Shown: positions 59,236-64,000 of the stretch, piece by piece
How the letters are laid out: every line of letters starts with the position of its first letter
How positions within the stretch are numbered: the stretch's first letter is position 1
From: Nitrospinaceae bacterium
GTDB lineage: Bacteria; Nitrospinota; Nitrospinia; Nitrospinales; Nitrospinaceae
DNA length: 64,000 nucleotides
Assembly: GCA_965223665.1 (NCBI GenBank)
Contig: OZ245011.1
Coordinates: forward strand, 3,648,001 to 3,712,000
Reading direction: 5' to 3'
Notes under the pieces: generated by a model
The model's input: only the letters and a program-made list of their open reading frames with translations
Told to the model about the DNA's origin: nothing
The model's database searches: none
Translations under genes and position numbers: made by a program

Positions 59236-62200
59236 TTAATTCGATGGATTACCTTGGAAATTTTTAAAATCACCGAGGATTGAATAGAAAGAAGGAATTA
59301 CAATTAGAACCAGAAGAGTGGATGCCATAAGTCCAAAGATGATACTGGTAACCAAGGGAATTAATACCTGAGCTTGCAAACTCTTTTCGAGAAGGAGAGG
59401 GGTTAACCCTGCGATAGTTGTTAAAGATGTTAAAAGTACAGCTCTAAATCTTTGTCGACTGGCTTTTCTTGCTGATTCTTCAATTTTTTCACCTTGTTCC
59501 AAACGCATCTTAATGAATTGAACTAGTAAGATGGAATCATTAATGACCACACCCGATAGTGAAACAAATCCCATTATACTTACCATCGATAAATCTAATC
59601 CCATTGCTACATGACCCCAAATAATGCCAATTAAAGATAAGGGAATAGCAGATAAGACCACTAATGATTCGACATAACTTTTCAATTGAAAACTTAGAAG
59701 GACAAATACTCCAAAAATTCCCACTAGGAAAGCGGTCATCATTGATTGGCCGGTAATTTTGGAACCTTTGAGTTGTCCTTCAAAGGAGTATAGGATTCCA
59801 GGATACTTTTTCAAAAAATCCGGGAAAAATTTTTTTTTAGTTTCGTCAATTATTTCTTTGGCATTTGCCACTTTGCTGTCAAGGTCAGCACGAATAGTGA
59901 TTGTTTTTAATCCATTGACTCGAAAAATCCGTGCGGGCCCTCGGCTTTGCTCCAAAACAGCGACTTCACCTATGGGATACAATTTCCCAGAAGGATCAGT
60001 GATATAGAAGAGTTCTAAATCTGAAAAACTGTTCTGATCTACATCTGCCAGTCTGACATCAATTTCATAAGCCTCGGATCCTACTTGAATTTCACTTGCT
60101 GTTTTACCAAAAAAAGCTGCACGTAGTTGATTGGCTATTAGTGATGCATTTAATCCCTTAGCCATAGCTCCACGCTTCATTCGAATTTTGATTTCCGGCT
60201 TACCCGGCCGCATATCATCGTTAAGATCTAAAACACCCTCATAACCATTTAACCAGTTTGATAATTCCAGTGAGGCTTTTTTTAACTCGTCTAAATCCTT
60301 TCCCATCAATCTAATTTCAATGGGTAAACCTCCAGGGCCCATTTGTGGTTCTTTATAAGTAATATTGATGACGTCAGGAATTTCACCTAAAGATTCGCGC
60401 CATTTTTTGGATATTTCATCTAAGGAGCTATTTCTAATTTCTGCCTTTAGTAGATCCACAGATACAGTGGCAACATGAGTCCCTGTTTCAAAAGCATCTA
60501 AATTAGTATTAAATTGGACATTAGTGTTTTGAACTAAAGGTTGATTACCGGGTTGAATTGGGGTTAGCTCTAAATTAACTTTGTCTAAGGCCTGGACGAC
60601 CTGCTCCACCACACTTTCAGTTTTTTCAATGGGTGTTCCTTGTGGGAGTAAAATTCTTGCTTGAAGTACGTCTCCGTCAATTTCTGGGAATCCAATAATT
60701 TTTAATTTTCCTCCGGAAATTAAACCCAGTGTGAATAAAAAAACGAAAATCAAAATTCCTATAAAAAGATACCGCCATCGAATGGCCCAATCTACAAAAC
60801 TTCCTAAAATATTTTCGCGAAAAGTTTCAAGCAATTTTTCAAATTTTTTTCTAAAATCTGAAGTAATATTAGAATCTATTTTTTGAAATGTGTGATGTAA
60901 ATGGTGAGGCAATATGCAAAATGCTTCAATCAAACTTATCGAAAGAGCGAGTATCAATACTACAGGCATGACCCATAATACTTTTCCCATTTCTCCTTTT
61001 ATGAAAATCGGTATGGCTCCAAAAATTGCCAGAGTGGTCAGGAATGAAGATAATACTCCCGGAGTAACTTCCTGTGTACCTTGGACAGCAGCTTCTAATG
61101 CAGATTTTCCTTTTGAATAATGGGAAGCTATATTTTCGGATATTACAATAGCATCGTCCATAATCAATCCCAAAGCCAAGAGCAAGCCCACCATAGTAAG
61201 CATGTTGATGGAAAAATCTATATGATGCATGAAAAAAATTGTTCCTAAGAAGGCGACGGGGAGACCCATGGTTACCCAAAAAGCCAAGCGAAGCGAAAAA
61301 AAAAGCCAAAGTGAAAGAAATACAAGAAATAGCCCTTGAATTCCATTTTTTGAAAGCATAGTAAGTCGATCCTGTACTATGTCTGTCATATTTTTGGTTA
61401 ATTCAAAATTAACATTTGGAGGAACTTTTTTACGTTCTTTTTCTAAAAAATTATTTAGAGCAGCAATAATTTTTAGAGAGTCTTCGCTTTTAAGTTTTTT
61501 TATTGTTAACATCCCAGCTCTTTGGCCATTAAACCAAATTTTTTCTTCATGACGTTCAAACCGATCCTCTACAAAAGCGATATCTCCTAATCGGATTTCC
61601 TCTCCGGAGGTGCCCGAAATAATTAGAATATCTTCATATTCAGAAACACTTTTGCGTTCTTCTGAAAATCTAATTATTATGTTTCCCTCGGGAGTCTCTA
61701 TGGTTCCAGCCGGCAGATCTATATTTTGTTTGGCAATTGCCTCTGTGATATCGACAATGCTTAAACCAAAACGCATTAATTCTTTAGCTCTTAACTGAAT
61801 TTGGATTTGGTGATCAGAAAAACCTTCTACATTTACATGAGAGATCTCATCTAAAAGTAATAATCGATTTTTAATATCTTCACAGAAGAGCTTTAAATCC
61901 GGAGTGGACATGGGACCAGTTATAGCAACTGAAACTACTAAGTCCATACGGCCCAATTGTTTTATGATAGGCTTCTCTACTCTATCGGGAAAATCATCTA
62001 TGGCTTCCACTTCGGTCTTAATGTCATCCATGAATTGATTTAAGTTTCCACCTTCCCGCATTTCAACCACAATGCGTGATATGCCTTCTTTGGACTCACT
62101 TTTTACTTCGTATACATCGTTTACATTCTCCAGGACATTTTCAATCCTTTGGCTAATGGCCTCATCAATTTCTAAAGCGTGGGCTCCAGGGTAGGGTACT

Positions 62201-62355
62201 AAAATTTCAACCTCAGTTGGTGTGAAATCTGGAAAAGTTTCTCGACGGACATCCATAATTGTAATGGAGCCCAAAAAAATAAAAGAAACCATTAAGAGAG
62301 TAGAAGCTGTGGGATGGCTGGCAAAGAATTTCAGCCAATTATTATTGGGATTCAT
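59236..62355 (-). CDS. RND (AcrB/D/F family) transporter permease
   Basis: GLIMDDAIVISEN, GVVINDSILL, RFRAVLLTSLTT. Confidence 0.95.
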   Translation of the reverse strand: MNPNNNWLKFFASHPTASTLLMVSFIFLGSITIMDVRRETFPDFTPTEVEILVPYPGAHALEIDEAISQRIENVLENVNDVYEVKSESKEGISRIVVEMREGGNLNQFMDDIKTEVEAIDDFPDRVEKPIIKQLGRMDLVVSVAITGPMSTPDLKLFCEDIKNRLLLLDEISHVNVEGFSDHQIQIQLRAKELMRFGLSIVDITEAIAKQNIDLPAGTIETPEGNIIIRFSEERKSVSEYEDILIISGTSGEEIRLGDIAFVEDRFERHEEKIWFNGQRAGMLTIKKLKSEDSLKIIAALNNFLEKERKKVPPNVNFELTKNMTDIVQDRLTMLSKNGIQGLFLVFLSLWLFFSLRLAFWVTMGLPVAFLGTIFFMHHIDFSINMLTMVGLLLALGLIMDDAIVISENIASHYSKGKSALEAAVQGTQEVTPGVLSSFLTTLAIFGAIPIFIKGEMGKVLWVMPVVLILALSISLIEAFCILPHHLHHTFQKIDSNITSDFRKKFEKLLETFRENILGSFVDWAIRWRYLFIGILIFVFLFTLGLISGGKLKIIGFPEIDGDVLQARILLPQGTPIEKTESVVEQVVQALDKVNLELTPIQPGNQPLVQNTNVQFNTNLDAFETGTHVATVSVDLLKAEIRNSSLDEISKKWRESLGEIPDVINITYKEPQMGPGGLPIEIRLMGKDLDELKKASLELSNWLNGYEGVLDLNDDMRPGKPEIKIRMKRGAMAKGLNASLIANQLRAAFFGKTASEIQVGSEAYEIDVRLADVDQNSFSDLELFYITDPSGKLYPIGEVAVLEQSRGPARIFRVNGLKTITIRADLDSKVANAKEIIDETKKKFFPDFLKKYPGILYSFEGQLKGSKITGQSMMTAFLVGIFGVFVLLSFQLKSYVESLVVLSAIPLSLIGIIWGHVAMGLDLSMVSIMGFVSLSGVVINDSILLVQFIKMRLEQGEKIEESARKASRQRFRAVLLTSLTTIAGLTPLLLEKSLQAQVLIPLVTSIIFGLMASTLLVLIVIPSFYSILGDFKNFQGNPSN

Positions 62356-63713
62356 CTTTTTTCCAGCGTCCGAGAGGCCTTGCTTGATAGGGAGGACTCG
62401 AGTTTTTTGTCCATATGAATAGATAAAAGCATACCCTCAATTGCAGGAATAACATCGCTTACTATTATTTTTTCACCGGAATGAAGTCCTGTTTGAATGG
62501 AAACTAAGTCCTCCTGAAAAAAACCAATTTGTACCTTCCTTTTTTCTAATCTATTTTCTTGATTGACAATATAAACTAAATTTTGGTGAAGGGCGGATCG
62601 AGGAATTATTATACTTTTGGGCTGAGGTTTTCCATAAAGCTCTACCTCACAATAATTATTTTTTTGTAAGGGGGGCCGTTTTCCAGGTTTCGTTTTTAGA
62701 AAAGGGTCATCCACAGCGACAACAATTCCAATGGTTCCTGTTTTGGGATCTGTTTCAGTAAATCTCAAAAACCGAGCTTTCCACTCTACGGATTTAGAGT
62801 TTATTTCAAGACGAACAATGGCATTTAAGTCAAAAAAATTTTTCGCATCACCTCTAGTGATATTCCGGAAAGCTTCCAAATCGAGGGATTGAGGAGAATC
62901 TTTTGGAATAAGATTTCTTAGTTTGTATCGAGGAATTTGCGCTTCAATTTCCGCGGTTTTAATGCTATCTGTCACCGCCAGTATTTGGCCCACAGTGGCA
63001 GCTTGACCCAGTTCTACATTTACTTGTGAAATTCGACTATCAAAAGGAACTGTGATTATAGTTTTATCAAGGTTAATATTTGCATTCGCTAATCTGGATT
63101 GGGAAGCTTTAAGGTTGGCCAAAAGAGCTTGGCGTTCGGAAGGTATTCTATTGATAGTGCTTAAATAATTTTCAACACTGTTTTTTTGAATTAATACTCT
63201 TTGTTTTTCCAGATCGAGGTCAGATTTAGAAACTACGCCTTCTTTAAATAGTTTTTTCTTTCTATCAAGCTCGTTTTGATTAATATTCAGTGAGCTTCGT
63301 TCAATTTCAAGTTGCCGCTTAGTGTCAGTTAAATTTTGCTCCAATTTTGCAATTTGTGCTTTGATATTTAATATTTCAGCTTGAATTTCTTCTATGGCTA
63401 ATCGACTGGGATTTGCCTCAATCCGAAAAAGTATTTCTCCTTTTTTAAGGAAAACACCCTTTTTCAAATTGGGGTGCATTTCCACGATTTTTCCACCAAT
63501 TTCCGCCACAGCTTCCCAGATTTTGTCGGGTTGTACATATCCATATCCAACGGCGCGCGGAATGAAATTAATTTCAGATAAAGTTATTACTCGAACAGCC
63601 TTAGCTCGTTCAGTTACTTTTGTTCTTTTTGGTGGTTCCTTGGCTTTTACTAATATAACTAGAATAGTAAGGCCTAAAATGAGTCCTGGAAGAATTAAAA
63701 GCTTTTTGCCCAT
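62352..63713 (-). CDS. RND periplasmic adaptor (membrane fusion protein)
   Basis: N-terminal TM, lipoyl halves, long coiled coil, IIIPRSAL, GLHSGEKII. Confidence 0.9.
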   Translation of the reverse strand: MGKKLLILPGLILGLTILVILVKAKEPPKRTKVTERAKAVRVITLSEINFIPRAVGYGYVQPDKIWEAVAEIGGKIVEMHPNLKKGVFLKKGEILFRIEANPSRLAIEEIQAEILNIKAQIAKLEQNLTDTKRQLEIERSSLNINQNELDRKKKLFKEGVVSKSDLDLEKQRVLIQKNSVENYLSTINRIPSERQALLANLKASQSRLANANINLDKTIITVPFDSRISQVNVELGQAATVGQILAVTDSIKTAEIEAQIPRYKLRNLIPKDSPQSLDLEAFRNITRGDAKNFFDLNAIVRLEINSKSVEWKARFLRFTETDPKTGTIGIVVAVDDPFLKTKPGKRPPLQKNNYCEVELYGKPQPKSIIIPRSALHQNLVYIVNQENRLEKRKVQIGFFQEDLVSIQTGLHSGEKIIVSDVIPAIEGMLLSIHMDKKLESSLSSKASRTLEKR

Positions 63714-64000
63714 TATTTACCAAATATGAAAATAGCTGATTTAATTTTGCTCTTAATTGATTTTATAACAAATTTAGGAGAGAACCTAGTTGGTTGGCGT
63801 TTTTTCCAATAATAAAGGTTGGGTGAAAATGGACAAATAATTGGTTCAGGCGATATTAGTAAGGAACATGGGGATATGACTGTTTAGTATATGTTGAATA
63901 AGTTTAACGGATGAAATTTGTAGCCATTTTTTTATTGGTTAGATTTCCCCTGTCAACTAACTTATTGCAAGAGGACCGCTTAGAATTCGGATAATAAAAA

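Overview
AT-rich bacterial chromosome segment. The gene content (short flagellins, DabA/DUF2309, hisA/hisF, NarL-type two-component systems) is compatible with a Nitrospinota-like chemolithoautotroph, but that taxonomy is inference only. From left to right: tandem NrdR-like boxes; a GldA/F/G-DUF4340 ABC module; four short flagellins plus flaG with sigma28 promoters and CsrA-type GGA hairpins; housekeeping genes; tRNA-Lys(CTT); a 10-gene minus-strand cluster (dabA, mrpE/F/G/B'/B/C/D, nuoL/dabB-like, nuoM-like) with a divergent beta-carbonic anhydrase; a TIR-like/TPR protein; two paralogous NarXL-type systems, one preceded by a decayed yfiR-like gene; a tri-PAS chemoreceptor; an UndA-like diiron enzyme; a B12-binding radical SAM enzyme; an HD-GYP protein; a protease-FHA pair; and an RND pump. 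The best candidate for an undescribed system is the DabA-Mrp cluster. Its leader carries a putative Na+/Li+-type riboswitch plus terminator, and its NuoL-like subunit has a triplicated 27-aa lateral-helix segment. Together these suggest a sodium-responsive, multi-subunit inorganic-carbon pump. All family assignments come from motif recognition by eye; no searches were run.
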